A stretch of 62,072 bases of DNA from an uncultured Bifidobacteriaceae bacterium (GCA_964475285.1 CAYYWB010000002.1:1-62072); one strand, 5' to 3'; counted from the first letter of the stretch, positions 26,019 to 35,273 are shown. Numbers and translations are program-made. Notes: a model not told the origin generated them from the letters alone.

Positions 26019-27058
26019 GCCGGATTTTTGTCGCGGGAATTGGCGCGGTATCTCCCGCCGGCTGGAAAGTCGCGGCCTTGCGCGGCGCGCTGGACAAAGG
26101 CGAGCCGCTTCCGGTTCAAGCGCTGCCGCGGCCCGGCTGGGAAAAACCACTCCTGGCGCGGCTGGTGCCGAACCCGCCAGTGCGTCCGGAATTTTTGGCG
26201 CATCCACGGCTGCGACGAACCAGCCCAATCACGCACTACGCCGCATCAGCCGCGCTCGAAGCTGCGGCCGGCCTGCGCTCGAAGCCTGACGCGAATAATT
26301 TCCGGCTGGGCATCGTCGTCTGCCTGCAATCCGGCTGCGTGCAATACTCCTGCCGTTTTTACGACGAGACATTGAAGAATCCGGCCACGGCCAGTCCGTT
26401 GGTTTTCCCCGAAACGGTTTATGCCGCGCCAGCGAGCCATGTCGCCGCGCTGCTGGAAAATGTGGCGCTCGCTTATTCGCTAGTCGGCGATCCGTCCGCG
26501 TTTTTGCAAGGCGTCGCGCTCGGCGTCCAATGGCTGGAAGAAAATCGCGTGGATGCCTGTCTCGTCATCGGCGCGGAAGAAACCAACTGGATCACGGCGG
26601 ATGCGCTGTGGCATCTGGACCGGCGCGCCACCGTCACCGCCGGTGCCGGCGCTTTGTGCCTGTGCCGCGATCCAAAATTATCGGCCGGCATCGAACTGGC
26701 GGTCATCACCGACGCGCACACATTTTCCGCGCGGCAAAGTCGGACGCAAGCGGCGCAAGCCATGCGCCGCCAACTCGGCAAAAATTCCCCCGGTGAACTG
26801 CTTTGCGACGGCATCGGGGACAGCCCGCGAACCGGCGCGGCGGAACTTGCGGCGTGGCGCGATTGGGCCGGGCCGCGCGTCAGCCCGAAACGCATTTTGG
26901 GCGAAGGATTGATGGCCGCCGCCGCCTGGCAATGCGTGGCCGCGTGCGACGCGGTGGCCGGCGGAAAATTCGCCGCCGCCAATGCCAGCCTGGTTGGCTC
27001 CAATCAGCAGGCCATCGGCGCGCGATTCACGGCAGTGGCACAGGCATCTTGCCTGTGA
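26009..27058 (+). CDS. ketosynthase-like chain-length-factor type protein (no active-site Cys)
   Basis: KS-fold N-terminus IFVAGIGAVSPAG, but GDPSAF sits where ACASG would be. 10-nt overlap with the KS gene. Confidence 0.7.
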   Translation: MGMSRIFVAGIGAVSPAGWKVAALRGALDKGEPLPVQALPRPGWEKPLLARLVPNPPVRPEFLAHPRLRRTSPITHYAASAALEAAAGLRSKPDANNFRLGIVVCLQSGCVQYSCRFYDETLKNPATASPLVFPETVYAAPASHVAALLENVALAYSLVGDPSAFLQGVALGVQWLEENRVDACLVIGAEETNWITADALWHLDRRATVTAGAGALCLCRDPKLSAGIELAVITDAHTFSARQSRTQAAQAMRRQLGKNSPGELLCDGIGDSPRTGAAELAAWRDWAGPRVSPKRILGEGLMAAAAWQCVAACDAVAGGKFAAANASLVGSNQQAIGARFTAVAQASCL

Positions 27059-27107
27059 GTTTCTGTTGGAACAAACCCTGTGGGAATCACACAGGCAGGA
27101 TGCCTGC
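27039..27107 (+). repeat. two copies of a short hairpin motif (CACAGGCA-loop-TGCCTG) between the CLF and reductase genes
   Basis: cacaggcatcttgcctgtg (27039-27057, overlapping the CLF stop) and cacaggcaggatgcctgcg (27089-27107). Confidence 0.6.
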
Positions 27108-27154
27108 GCCACTATTTATTTGTCCGCCGCCGCAGTCAAGGGCAACATCCGGCC

Positions 27155-27886
27155 ATGAGCGAGCGTGTCATTTTGATCACCGGAGCCAATGGCGGTCTGG
27201 GCCGGGCCATCGCGCACAATTTTCTCCAAGAGTCACCCGCCACCATCGTCTGGCTCGGCGTTCGCTCCGGGCGTGAACACGCCGACAAACTCGCGCGGGA
27301 AAATCCCGACCGCTGTTTCTGCGTCACGTTGGATGTCACCGCGCCGGAATCCTGGCAGGCGGCAGTCAAAGAAATTTTGTCGCGGCACCAGCGCCTCGAC
27401 GTGCTGGTCAACAACGCCGGCGGCCACGAAGATGCGTTGCTCGCCACCATGCCGCCGGAATCCTGGCGGCGAATTCTGGCGGCAAATCTCGACGGCGTTT
27501 TCCACGGTTGTCAGGCTGTGTTGCCGACGATGATCAGCCAGCGCGGCGGACGAATTGTCAATGTGGCTTCATTAAGCGCGCTGCTCGCGCCGGCGGGACA
27601 GGCGAATTACGCGGCGGCCAAGGCCGGAGTGGTTGCGTTGACCCAATCGCTCGCGAAGGAAGTGGCCCGCATCGGCATCACGGTCAATGCCGTGTGTCCC
27701 GGTTTCGTGGAGACGGAAGCGCTGGCCAATCTGGCCGGAGAGGAACGAAAAGCAGCGCAAATGAAAATTCCCATGCGCCGGTTTGGCCGGCCCGAGGAAG
27801 TGGCGGCGGCGGTTCGTTTTCTGGCAAGCGCTGAAGCCAGTTACATCACCGGCTCGGTTCTCAAAGTTGACGGCGGGATTTTATAA
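27155..27886 (+). CDS. SDR-family 3-oxoacyl-ACP reductase (FabG-like)
   Basis: ILITGANGGLGRAIA (TGxxxGxG), NNAG, and the S...YAAAKAG (YxxxK) catalytic motif. Confidence 0.85.
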   Translation: MSERVILITGANGGLGRAIAHNFLQESPATIVWLGVRSGREHADKLARENPDRCFCVTLDVTAPESWQAAVKEILSRHQRLDVLVNNAGGHEDALLATMPPESWRRILAANLDGVFHGCQAVLPTMISQRGGRIVNVASLSALLAPAGQANYAAAKAGVVALTQSLAKEVARIGITVNAVCPGFVETEALANLAGEERKAAQMKIPMRRFGRPEEVAAAVRFLASAEASYITGSVLKVDGGIL

Positions 27887-27898
27887 GAGGCAATTTTA

Positions 27899-29473
27899 AT
27901 GGCTGCTGAAATGATGCCAGTCGAAGACCAGCCGCGCGGCACGCCGCCGTTGCCCGAACCTGCTCCCGGGCCTGCGCCCGGAAAAGTCATCATTATCGGT
28001 GCCGGCATCGCCGGTCTTTCGTGCGGCTGCTATCTCCAGATGAACGGCATCCAGACGGAAATTCTGGAGGCGAGCCTGCTGCCGGGTGGATTATGCACGG
28101 CATGGCACCGCGGGCCGTATGTTTTTGACGGCTGCCTCCGCTGGTTGATGGGAGCACATCCGCCATCGGCCTTCCACCAGGTCTGGATGGAACTGGGCGC
28201 GATCGCCGGGCGAAAAGTTTTTGTCCACGACGAAATACTCCGGATCGAAGGCGCCGGCGGCAAAACCCTCTCCGTGCCCGCCGACCTGGACAAACTCGCC
28301 CGCGAGTTCAAACGCATCGCGCCCGAAGACAGCGGCCTGATTGACAAGCTGGTGCGGGACGCGCGCCGCTGCGCGCCGCTGGAACCGCCGCTGGAAAACG
28401 CGGTGGAATTGATGACGCTTTTCGAGAAAATGAAACTGGGGCTGCGTTATCTGCCAATGGTGCCAGCCATTTTCCGCTATAAAAATGTCCCGATCACCGC
28501 CTATGTCTCCCGCTACAAAAATGAATTCTTGCGTGAGGCGCTGCAGCTCATCGTCGGCAGCGAAGACATGTCGGCATTGGTACTGGTGATGCTGCTGGCG
28601 TTCCGAACACGAAAAAACACCGGCTTCGTCGCCGGCGGCTCGTGGGATTTTGCGATGGCCATCGCGGACCGTTACACCCGGCTGGGCGGCACCGCGAGGT
28701 ATAAAACCAGGGTGACTTCGATAAAAGTTGAAAACAACCGGGCCGTGGGCGTGGAATGCGCCGATGGAACGGTCGTTCCCGCTTCAATTGTCGTCTCATG
28801 CGCGGACGGCTACACGACGATTTTCAAGATGCTGGACGGCCGTTTTGCAGACAAAAAAATCCGCGACCTCTACGAGAATTGCAAAACGTTTCCGGCCATC
28901 ATCCAGGTTTCGCTGGGCATCAGGACAATTTTTCCCGAAGCGCCGCACACGCTCAACCTGCCGCTGCCCCAACCGCTACGCGTGGACGACCAGACAAAAC
29001 ACGACCGTCTGGAAGTCGAAACCTTTGGTTCCGAGTCGGCGCTCTGCCCGGAAGGCACCACCGTCATGACGGTCAGGCTGCCGACCAGTTACGAATTCTG
29101 GACGGAATTAAAAAAGAACGACCCCGGCCGTTACCGCGCCGAAAAAGGCAGAGTCATCCGGGAAATCATCGCCATCCTTGAAAAACGGTTTCCCGGCCTG
29201 GCGCAGCACATCGAGCGTTCCGACATCGCGACGCCCGCCACGTTTGTGCGTTACACCGGCAACTGGCAGGGCAGCTACGAAGGCTGGCTGCCGACGCCGC
29301 GCATCCTGGGCCGCCGCATTTCCTGCACGCTGCCGGGGCTTAAAGATTTCTACATGGCCGGCCATTGGGTGGTCGCGGGCGGCGGCCTGCCGTCGGCGGC
29401 GATTTCCGGCCGGTATGTCGCGCAAATGATCTGCGCCCGGAGCGGAAGAGTTTTTGCGGCCACCAGACCGTAA
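27899..29473 (+). CDS. phytoene-desaturase-like (CrtI-family) FAD-dependent oxidoreductase
   Basis: KVIIIGAGIAGLSCGCYLQMNGIQTEILEA N-terminal FAD motif. 524 aa with the C-terminal GHWVVAGGGLPSA typical of amine-oxidase/CrtI-fold enzymes. Confidence 0.7.
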   Translation: MAAEMMPVEDQPRGTPPLPEPAPGPAPGKVIIIGAGIAGLSCGCYLQMNGIQTEILEASLLPGGLCTAWHRGPYVFDGCLRWLMGAHPPSAFHQVWMELGAIAGRKVFVHDEILRIEGAGGKTLSVPADLDKLAREFKRIAPEDSGLIDKLVRDARRCAPLEPPLENAVELMTLFEKMKLGLRYLPMVPAIFRYKNVPITAYVSRYKNEFLREALQLIVGSEDMSALVLVMLLAFRTRKNTGFVAGGSWDFAMAIADRYTRLGGTARYKTRVTSIKVENNRAVGVECADGTVVPASIVVSCADGYTTIFKMLDGRFADKKIRDLYENCKTFPAIIQVSLGIRTIFPEAPHTLNLPLPQPLRVDDQTKHDRLEVETFGSESALCPEGTTVMTVRLPTSYEFWTELKKNDPGRYRAEKGRVIREIIAILEKRFPGLAQHIERSDIATPATFVRYTGNWQGSYEGWLPTPRILGRRISCTLPGLKDFYMAGHWVVAGGGLPSAAISGRYVAQMICARSGRVFAATRP

Positions 29474-29486
29474 AATGGGGTTGACT

Positions 29487-31286
29487 TCAGTATGCCGCCG
29501 GACGCCCGCGGCCATTCGTGTAAAACTCGAACTCGAAGAGGAAATCCTTTTTCTCCGGACCTCGAATCCATGCCGCAATCCGATATTCCGTTTGTGGTTC
29601 CAGGACCAAATCGGGCGGACAGGCATAAATCCTTTCGCAGGCGCATTTGTCGGGAAACGAAATTGGATCAAGGAAAGTCAGATGCACTCCGTGCGTTTCC
29701 ACCGGATTGTGATTTCCCCGTTCGATTGACGCGCGGGCAAAATGCGGAATTTTTTCAATCGTCACCTCGAGCGGAGCCTCCATGCCCGGTTGAGCCAGTT
29801 GCGGCGACCAAATCCGCAGGAAAACATCACCCGCCGACAGCAATTTATAATCCCGGTCGAACGGGTCGCGCACGATTCCGGCCAGCGCCTGTTCCTTTTG
29901 AGTTACCCATTCGGCGCCATTTTCCTCCGCGCGATAATCGCGCATCCCCGGAAAGCCGTCAAACTGCCGGGCCGCCCGGTCGCTCGAAGTGTCGCGGGTC
30001 GGAGCAAAGTTGCTCAATACAATTCCGTCCGAATTGATGTCGTCCAGCGCGCCGTGAGTGCTGCCGTAGTTCTCAAGCCGGCTGCCTTCTTTGACCAGCC
30101 ATCCGGCATTGACATGCTGATTGTCCAGACTGATGAGAATGGTCGCGGGATTGAGAGTGATGCTCGTGAGGCCGCGGACAATTCGCTCCAGCGCCAGCGG
30201 ATAACGGTTGGTCATGGTCGCGACCATCCAGTCGTCGGACGTGGCAAAACCATCGGTGCCAAGCAGGTTCTTTTGCTGGAGCGCCGCAACCACCGGACGA
30301 TAATTGAGCGGGTCGCCTTCTTCGGTTGCATACCGGAAGGCGTTCTTCGCGGGATTCCATTCAATCATGGCCCGTTCGCCCTTCGAGTTCATGACCAGAA
30401 AGCGATTGGTCTGAAGCCGCGCCGCCAGCACGTCCACGCCTTCCAGATGCGCGATCTGCCGTGCGAGCCTTTCGGTTTCGGCGGGCGCATTGTGGATTTC
30501 AACCCAGTCCTCAATTCCGGCCGTCGGCAGGACAACGTCATTTGAATTCACAATGGACTGTGTGATTTTGTATCCGGCTTTTTCCAGAAAAGCTTGAATC
30601 TTGACGCGATGGCCGGCACCGGCGTGGTTGTGTCCGTGATCCGAGAGCATCAGGATTTGCAAATCGCGCCCCTCTTCCGTTTTGTAACGGGCGCGCAAAT
30701 CCTGAAGTTGTTTGTCCAGCAGGCAGAGCAGGGAAAAAATATCGCGGTCCAGATGCTGGGCATCGTCCGATGCGCGGAGGTAGGCATAGTAATCGGCGTT
30801 TGTGCTCCGCGTGTCCCAAAAGTTTTTGACCATGGCGTGCATTTCGTATTCGAATGTTTGGGCTGAATAAATGTAACCCATTGAACGGAGAAACCCGCTT
30901 TCCACCTGCCAGTCCATTTGCCGCTCGTGCTCCACGGTGGTGGTGACACCGTTGTGGGAAATGAGCGCATTTGCCGCGGCGCTGAAATAAGTGCGCTGAT
31001 AACCGGGCAGCGGGCGATTCCCAAAAATGTCGGTCCACGCGACGTCGCTGGTGGACGGAAACGTCGAGATCATGCGGCTGGCTGGAAAATATCCCTCGCT
31101 GGAACTGAAGGCCTGGCGATGCAACACACTTCCCCAAATGTTTGTGTAGGTGACGCCGGCTTGCAATGCCGTCATGTCACGGTAGGCGATTCCATCCAGC
31201 GCGATGACCAGCCGCCGGGGGAGCGCGACGCCAGTTGAAGGCAGGACCTGAAATGCCAGCAAAACGAGAAAGACAAACCGATTCAT
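29487..31286 (-). CDS. secreted alkaline-phosphatase-superfamily phosphodiesterase/nucleotide pyrophosphatase-like protein
   Basis: Signal peptide. LVIALDGIAYRD, FPSTSDVAW and MLSDHGHNH metal-ligand/nucleophile motifs. Confidence 0.65.
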   Translation of the reverse strand: MNRFVFLVLLAFQVLPSTGVALPRRLVIALDGIAYRDMTALQAGVTYTNIWGSVLHRQAFSSSEGYFPASRMISTFPSTSDVAWTDIFGNRPLPGYQRTYFSAAANALISHNGVTTTVEHERQMDWQVESGFLRSMGYIYSAQTFEYEMHAMVKNFWDTRSTNADYYAYLRASDDAQHLDRDIFSLLCLLDKQLQDLRARYKTEEGRDLQILMLSDHGHNHAGAGHRVKIQAFLEKAGYKITQSIVNSNDVVLPTAGIEDWVEIHNAPAETERLARQIAHLEGVDVLAARLQTNRFLVMNSKGERAMIEWNPAKNAFRYATEEGDPLNYRPVVAALQQKNLLGTDGFATSDDWMVATMTNRYPLALERIVRGLTSITLNPATILISLDNQHVNAGWLVKEGSRLENYGSTHGALDDINSDGIVLSNFAPTRDTSSDRAARQFDGFPGMRDYRAEENGAEWVTQKEQALAGIVRDPFDRDYKLLSAGDVFLRIWSPQLAQPGMEAPLEVTIEKIPHFARASIERGNHNPVETHGVHLTFLDPISFPDKCACERIYACPPDLVLEPQTEYRIAAWIRGPEKKDFLFEFEFYTNGRGRPAAY

Positions 31287-31364
31287 GCTTTTGTTCAGAC
31301 AAACCGGCCAAAGCCCGGATCAAAAAAACCTAGGCAAGCTTAACGGATCCGACCGGAAGTGTCG

Positions 31365-31392
31365 AAACCGAAAATCACAAACCGAAAATCAC
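31365..31392 (+). repeat. perfect tandem 14-mer (AAACCGAAAATCAC x2) in a divergent intergenic region
   Basis: Read directly from the sequence, between the phosphodiesterase start (31286, minus strand) and the 31481 gene. Confidence 0.9.
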
Positions 31393-31480
31393 AGCTTGTC
31401 AATGCATCCGGTAAAAACGAAGTGCTTGAACAAGCCAGCGCTGTCATTTAGCTTCACACACGCATTCAGCGCATTGCATA

Positions 31481-31861
31481 TTGATGAAACCAAGAGACAT
31501 ATTTGGCCTGGCGATCCGGCTTCTGGGCCTTTTTTTCCTCTATCTTGGCTTGAGAGCCGTGACACCGCTGCTCGACTTGGGCGCAATCGAGACGGCCGGC
31601 AGAAGCGACCTCATCAACGCGATTTTACCCATTGTCTTCAACCTCGCCGTCGCTTGGTGGCTGCTGGGCGGCGGACTGTTGATGCGACGGGCATATCCCG
31701 ATACGTCGAAAATTTCGGGCCATTCCCATCCGCAGGCGGAGCGGGCAATACCGGCGACCAGTTCAACGGAGTCGCAAGAATTGACAGGCATGGCCAGAGC
31801 CGAAAAAAAGCTCGCGTCGCTGGTGGAAAAACCGAAGAATGACCGCGCAACACAACCTTGA
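31481..31861 (+). CDS. small membrane protein, unknown function
   Basis: Two hydrophobic helices (LAIRLLGLFFLYLGL, ILPIVFNLAVAWWLLGGGLL) followed by a hydrophilic tail. Confidence 0.45.
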   Translation: MMKPRDIFGLAIRLLGLFFLYLGLRAVTPLLDLGAIETAGRSDLINAILPIVFNLAVAWWLLGGGLLMRRAYPDTSKISGHSHPQAERAIPATSSTESQELTGMARAEKKLASLVEKPKNDRATQP

Positions 31862-31883
31862 ACAGCCCCCGTCCAATTTTGTA

Positions 31884-32156
31884 ATGGATAACACAGCAGC
31901 GATCAAACAGGACATCAAGCGATTGATGGTCGAGAACCTCATGCTCCAAATCAGCGCCGACGAAATCGGCGACGACCAGCCGTTGTTCGGCCCCGGCAGC
32001 GTGGGTTTGGATTCAGTGGATGCCCTGCAACTGGTGGTGGCCCTGGACAAGACGTATGGACTCAAGATTGCCGATCCCGAAGTTGCGCGACAAGTCTTGC
32101 AAACAGTCAACACCATCGCCTCGGCAATTCAAGAACACCAGTCCCCGCCCAAATAA
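31884..32156 (+). CDS. acyl carrier protein
   Basis: 90 aa from MDNTAAIKQD with GLDSVDALQLV (DSx attachment motif). Confidence 0.8.
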   Translation: MDNTAAIKQDIKRLMVENLMLQISADEIGDDQPLFGPGSVGLDSVDALQLVVALDKTYGLKIADPEVARQVLQTVNTIASAIQEHQSPPK

Positions 32157-32226
32157 GCCTTCCGGTTGAGGATCTGCTTGAGCCGCGGCCGGCCTTTCAT
32201 GCTGGCGCCGGATTCGGCTCCGTCCA

Positions 32227-32442
32227 TCAGACCGGCCTGGGCTTCACAAGCAGCAACACGATCCCGATGACGAGAGCAACCGCTCCGACTGCCGGTGAAA
32301 TAAAATAGCTGACGGTGGTCTCAAAGTGCATTCCGAGGAATTCGACCGGCTCTCCCGGGGTCTTGAAGGTGATGCCAGAGTAAGCGAGCACCACAATGCC
32401 CAAGGCGATCAGAACGACCGCAACGATGTTTTTGGTGTTCAT
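32227..32442 (-). CDS. small two-helix membrane protein
   Basis: 71 aa, with hydrophobic N- and C-terminal helices. Downstream in the BON operon. Confidence 0.5.
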   Translation of the reverse strand: MNTKNIVAVVLIALGIVVLAYSGITFKTPGEPVEFLGMHFETTVSYFISPAVGAVALVIGIVLLLVKPRPV

Positions 32443-32469
32443 GTTGAATTTACAATTAAATTTCCACGG

Positions 32470-32619
32470 CTAAAGCGCCGGTTTCCTGCCGGAGATGATT
32501 CGAAGCAAAACCGCCAAAATGGCGAGGAAGAGCAGGATGTGAATCAAGTTGCCGGCGGTGCCGGTCACCATTCCCAACGCCCATAAAACAATCAGTATCA
32601 CCGCAATCGTGTATAACAT
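32470..32619 (-). CDS. lmo0937-family small membrane protein (49 aa, absent from the ORF track)
   Basis: Reverse translation gives MLYTIAVILIVLWALGMVTGTAGNLIHILLFLAILAVLLRIISGRKPAL, the characteristic pattern of this stress-associated family. Confidence 0.7.
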   Translation of the reverse strand: MLYTIAVILIVLWALGMVTGTAGNLIHILLFLAILAVLLRIISGRKPAL

Positions 32620-32684
32620 AAATTTTCTTTGGATTGGTTTGCTGGCCGGCGCGTTTTCGCGCCAGCCAACGATAAGTTGACGGT

Positions 32685-33467
32685 TTAGCTGGCCGCCACG
32701 GGCGCAGCGATGGTCATGTTGTTGATCACGCTGGTCACGCCGTTGATGTCGGTGGCGAGCTTGGTGACGAGGCTCTTTTCGGCATCGTTCTTGGCAATGC
32801 CGGTCAAGGTGACCACGCCATCCGTTGTCGTGACTCCGGTATGCAGGGCGCTGGTCGAGTGATGCGAGAACAACGACGACTTGACTTCAGCCGTGATGGA
32901 GGCGTCATCAATCTTGTCGCCGACGGTGGCGTCCGGCGTTGCCGGCGTCTTGGCAATCGTCATCTCGTTGTTGACCGATTTGACGTTGTCAATGTCCTTG
33001 GCGTATTCGGTGGTGAGTTCCTTTTGCGCCATGCTGCTCGCTTCACCCTGCAGGGTGACAACGCCGTCTTTCGTATAAACGGAAGTTCCAGTGGCACTCA
33101 CGTTGCGATGGAACAGGAGCGTTGTTTTCACTTTCGTGGTGATCCAGGTGTCTGAATGTTCAGCGGGTTGTTCACCGTTGATCACGAGTTCATTGTCCAC
33201 GCTCTTGACGTCGGGCAGGCTCGCCACGGTGTTTTCGGCCATGGATTTATGCGACGCATCGGCCACCGTGCCGGTCAGGGTGACGACGCCCTGGTTGGAC
33301 TCAACCTTGATTGAATCGTCCTTGAGGTAGGTTTTGAACGTGTAAGACTTCGCGGCGGATGACTCGATGCGGCCGTCCGTGTCGGCGGCGCGAAGGGATG
33401 TGCTGGTGACTAACAGGGCGCCCGTTGCCGCCAGGAGCGCGAGCGCGTAGGTTGTTTTCGTTTTCAT
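32685..33467 (-). CDS. secreted BON-domain protein (OsmY-like, three BON repeats)
   Basis: Signal peptide plus a repeated GVVTLTGxV...A...A....GV.SV.N.L pattern. Confidence 0.85.
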   Translation of the reverse strand: MKTKTTYALALLAATGALLVTSTSLRAADTDGRIESSAAKSYTFKTYLKDDSIKVESNQGVVTLTGTVADASHKSMAENTVASLPDVKSVDNELVINGEQPAEHSDTWITTKVKTTLLFHRNVSATGTSVYTKDGVVTLQGEASSMAQKELTTEYAKDIDNVKSVNNEMTIAKTPATPDATVGDKIDDASITAEVKSSLFSHHSTSALHTGVTTTDGVVTLTGIAKNDAEKSLVTKLATDINGVTSVINNMTIAAPVAAS

Positions 33468-33515
33468 TTTGTTTTTTCTTTTGGTTATTGGTTGTTGGTT
33501 TTTGACACTTGAAGC

Positions 33516-33557
33516 AAGCTAGGTGAGGAGCCGGTCCTTCGCCATGGGGTGTAACCC
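33516..33557 (-). promoter_or_regulatory. bipartite promoter-like motif P1
   Basis: Minus strand reads GGGTTACACCCCATGGCG-N18-TAGCTT, upstream of the BON operon. Confidence 0.6.
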
Positions 33558-33564
33558 TACCGGT

Positions 33565-34011
33565 TCAAGGCGCGATTTTGTCGCTCACCCACTGGCGCGC
33601 CGTATTGATGCCGTCCTTCGTCGCGTCGTAAGCTTTCGAGAACCCGGCTTTGACACTGTCCCAGGTGGACTCGGTGGCGTTTTTGGCGTCGTCCAGTTGT
33701 TTGTTCAACTGCGCCGCCTGGTCGCGCAATGCCTGAAGCTTGGGCTTGGCCCCGGCCTTGACTGCGTCGCTGGAGCTGTCAATCTTGGCGGAGAGCTGGT
33801 CCAAATCCTTGTTGAGCGCATCCAATTGGGCCTGCATGGCCGTGACGAATTCAGCCTTCTGCGCGAAGGTGTAATCCTTCATGTCCTGCGCGGCCTGCTT
33901 GGTTTCGGTTTGAACCTTCTCAATCTGTTGAGTCGTGCTTTGCTGCTTCCCGCATCCCACCGCAAAAGCGGCGATGGAAAGGACGGTGATGGCCCATGTT
34001 TTGTTTTTCAT
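33565..34011 (-). CDS. lipoprotein with a coiled-coil region
   Basis: MKNKTWAITVLSIAAFAVGCGKQ lipobox, followed by a Q/K/A-rich helical sequence. Confidence 0.7.
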   Translation of the reverse strand: MKNKTWAITVLSIAAFAVGCGKQQSTTQQIEKVQTETKQAAQDMKDYTFAQKAEFVTAMQAQLDALNKDLDQLSAKIDSSSDAVKAGAKPKLQALRDQAAQLNKQLDDAKNATESTWDSVKAGFSKAYDATKDGINTARQWVSDKIAP

Positions 34012-34085
34012 AATTGTGATTTCGGTTGATTTGTCTGGATGACGGATTGCGTCCCGCACCCAATTTTGGTTTCGTTGCAAATGTA

Positions 34086-34128
34086 ACGCTACGCCGTCCC
34101 GCGGCACCTTGCCATCAGGTGTAACCAG
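34086..34128 (-). promoter_or_regulatory. bipartite promoter-like motif P2
   Basis: Minus strand reads CTGGTTACACCTGATGGCA-N18-TAGCGT, upstream of the lipoprotein gene. Confidence 0.55.
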
Positions 34129-34325
34129 AATATGATTCGAGGCCCGGTCCAGCCGGGGACCGGTCAAACCGACGGGAATCGGGAACGGGCAGATCCAATT
34201 CACCCGCCGCGCGCTAAACTTAACGAACAACCCGGTCAAAACGACGAACAGCGCGAACATTTTAACGAACGACACATATTTGAATCGTGCCTCCCCACGC
34301 TGGCTGCCACTTGTTTAACGGGCTG

Positions 34326-35273
34326 TCAACCTTGCGGCACGGGGAGTTGTTCGAGGTTCGCGCCTTCACGCTGCTGGATGGTGGCTTCGACGCGCGGCAC
34401 ATACATTTGTGTTTCGGCTGGCAGATGTCCGGCGATGCCGTCGTAACTGTCCGTTTTGTAGCGGTCCAGAAGTTTCTGCACCCTGCCTTCACCGGCGTTG
34501 TAGGCCGCCAGGGCCAGCCGCCAGTCCTTGAAACGGTCGTGAAGATATTTCAGATACTGCGCGGACGCGGTCGCGCTTGGTTCCGGCTGATAACGCTGGT
34601 CGCGCGGCCACAGGGAAAGACCAAACCTTTTGGCCGTGTCCGGCATCAATTGAAACATTCCCGCCGCCCCCGCCGGACTCAAGGCGCGCCGGTCAAATCC
34701 CGATTCCACCTCCGCCACCCAGACCAGTTCCGGCGGAATCTTTTGCGCGGCGAAAACCGGCTTCAACTCCGGCACATATTCATTTGCCGATGCCGGCCAC
34801 GGACTGACGGAAACTTTTTTCACCCAAAGTTCGCGTTCCTTTTGCGGCGGAGGGTTGGGAACCGGCTGGGGCGGCTGGTTGGTTTCAACCGCCGGTGGCG
34901 GAATCGTGAGCCGGATTTCGTCCGCGACATCCAGATAAGCCATCCGCGCCTTGAGCCACGCGGCGAACGGCCGGGTTTCCTCGCGGTTTTCCAGCAACGG
35001 CAGAACGGCTTGGGCCGTCTGCCGCAACGCCGCCATGTCCACCACGTAGTCGCCTTGGAAGCGCTGCTGCGCGTCACGGAAAAATTGCCGCACCACGGGG
35101 TCGTCCACATCGGGAAGCGCGTTGAGAACGTTCGTGTCGAGATTGTCCCGCGCCCATTGTTGCGCGCCCTGGATGAGGTCCGGAAGTGTGACGGTGTCGT
35201 CCTGCGCCCGCGCCACCAGCAAGCCTGCCGGAAGCAACGCAAGAATGAACAGGGCGCGTTTCATGTTGGACAT
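34326..35273 (-). CDS. secreted lytic transglycosylase (SLT domain)
   Basis: VAEVESGFDRRALSPAGAAGMFQLMPDTA (catalytic E-S motif) and AAYNAGEGRV. Confidence 0.85.
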   Translation of the reverse strand: MSNMKRALFILALLPAGLLVARAQDDTVTLPDLIQGAQQWARDNLDTNVLNALPDVDDPVVRQFFRDAQQRFQGDYVVDMAALRQTAQAVLPLLENREETRPFAAWLKARMAYLDVADEIRLTIPPPAVETNQPPQPVPNPPPQKERELWVKKVSVSPWPASANEYVPELKPVFAAQKIPPELVWVAEVESGFDRRALSPAGAAGMFQLMPDTAKRFGLSLWPRDQRYQPEPSATASAQYLKYLHDRFKDWRLALAAYNAGEGRVQKLLDRYKTDSYDGIAGHLPAETQMYVPRVEATIQQREGANLEQLPVPQG

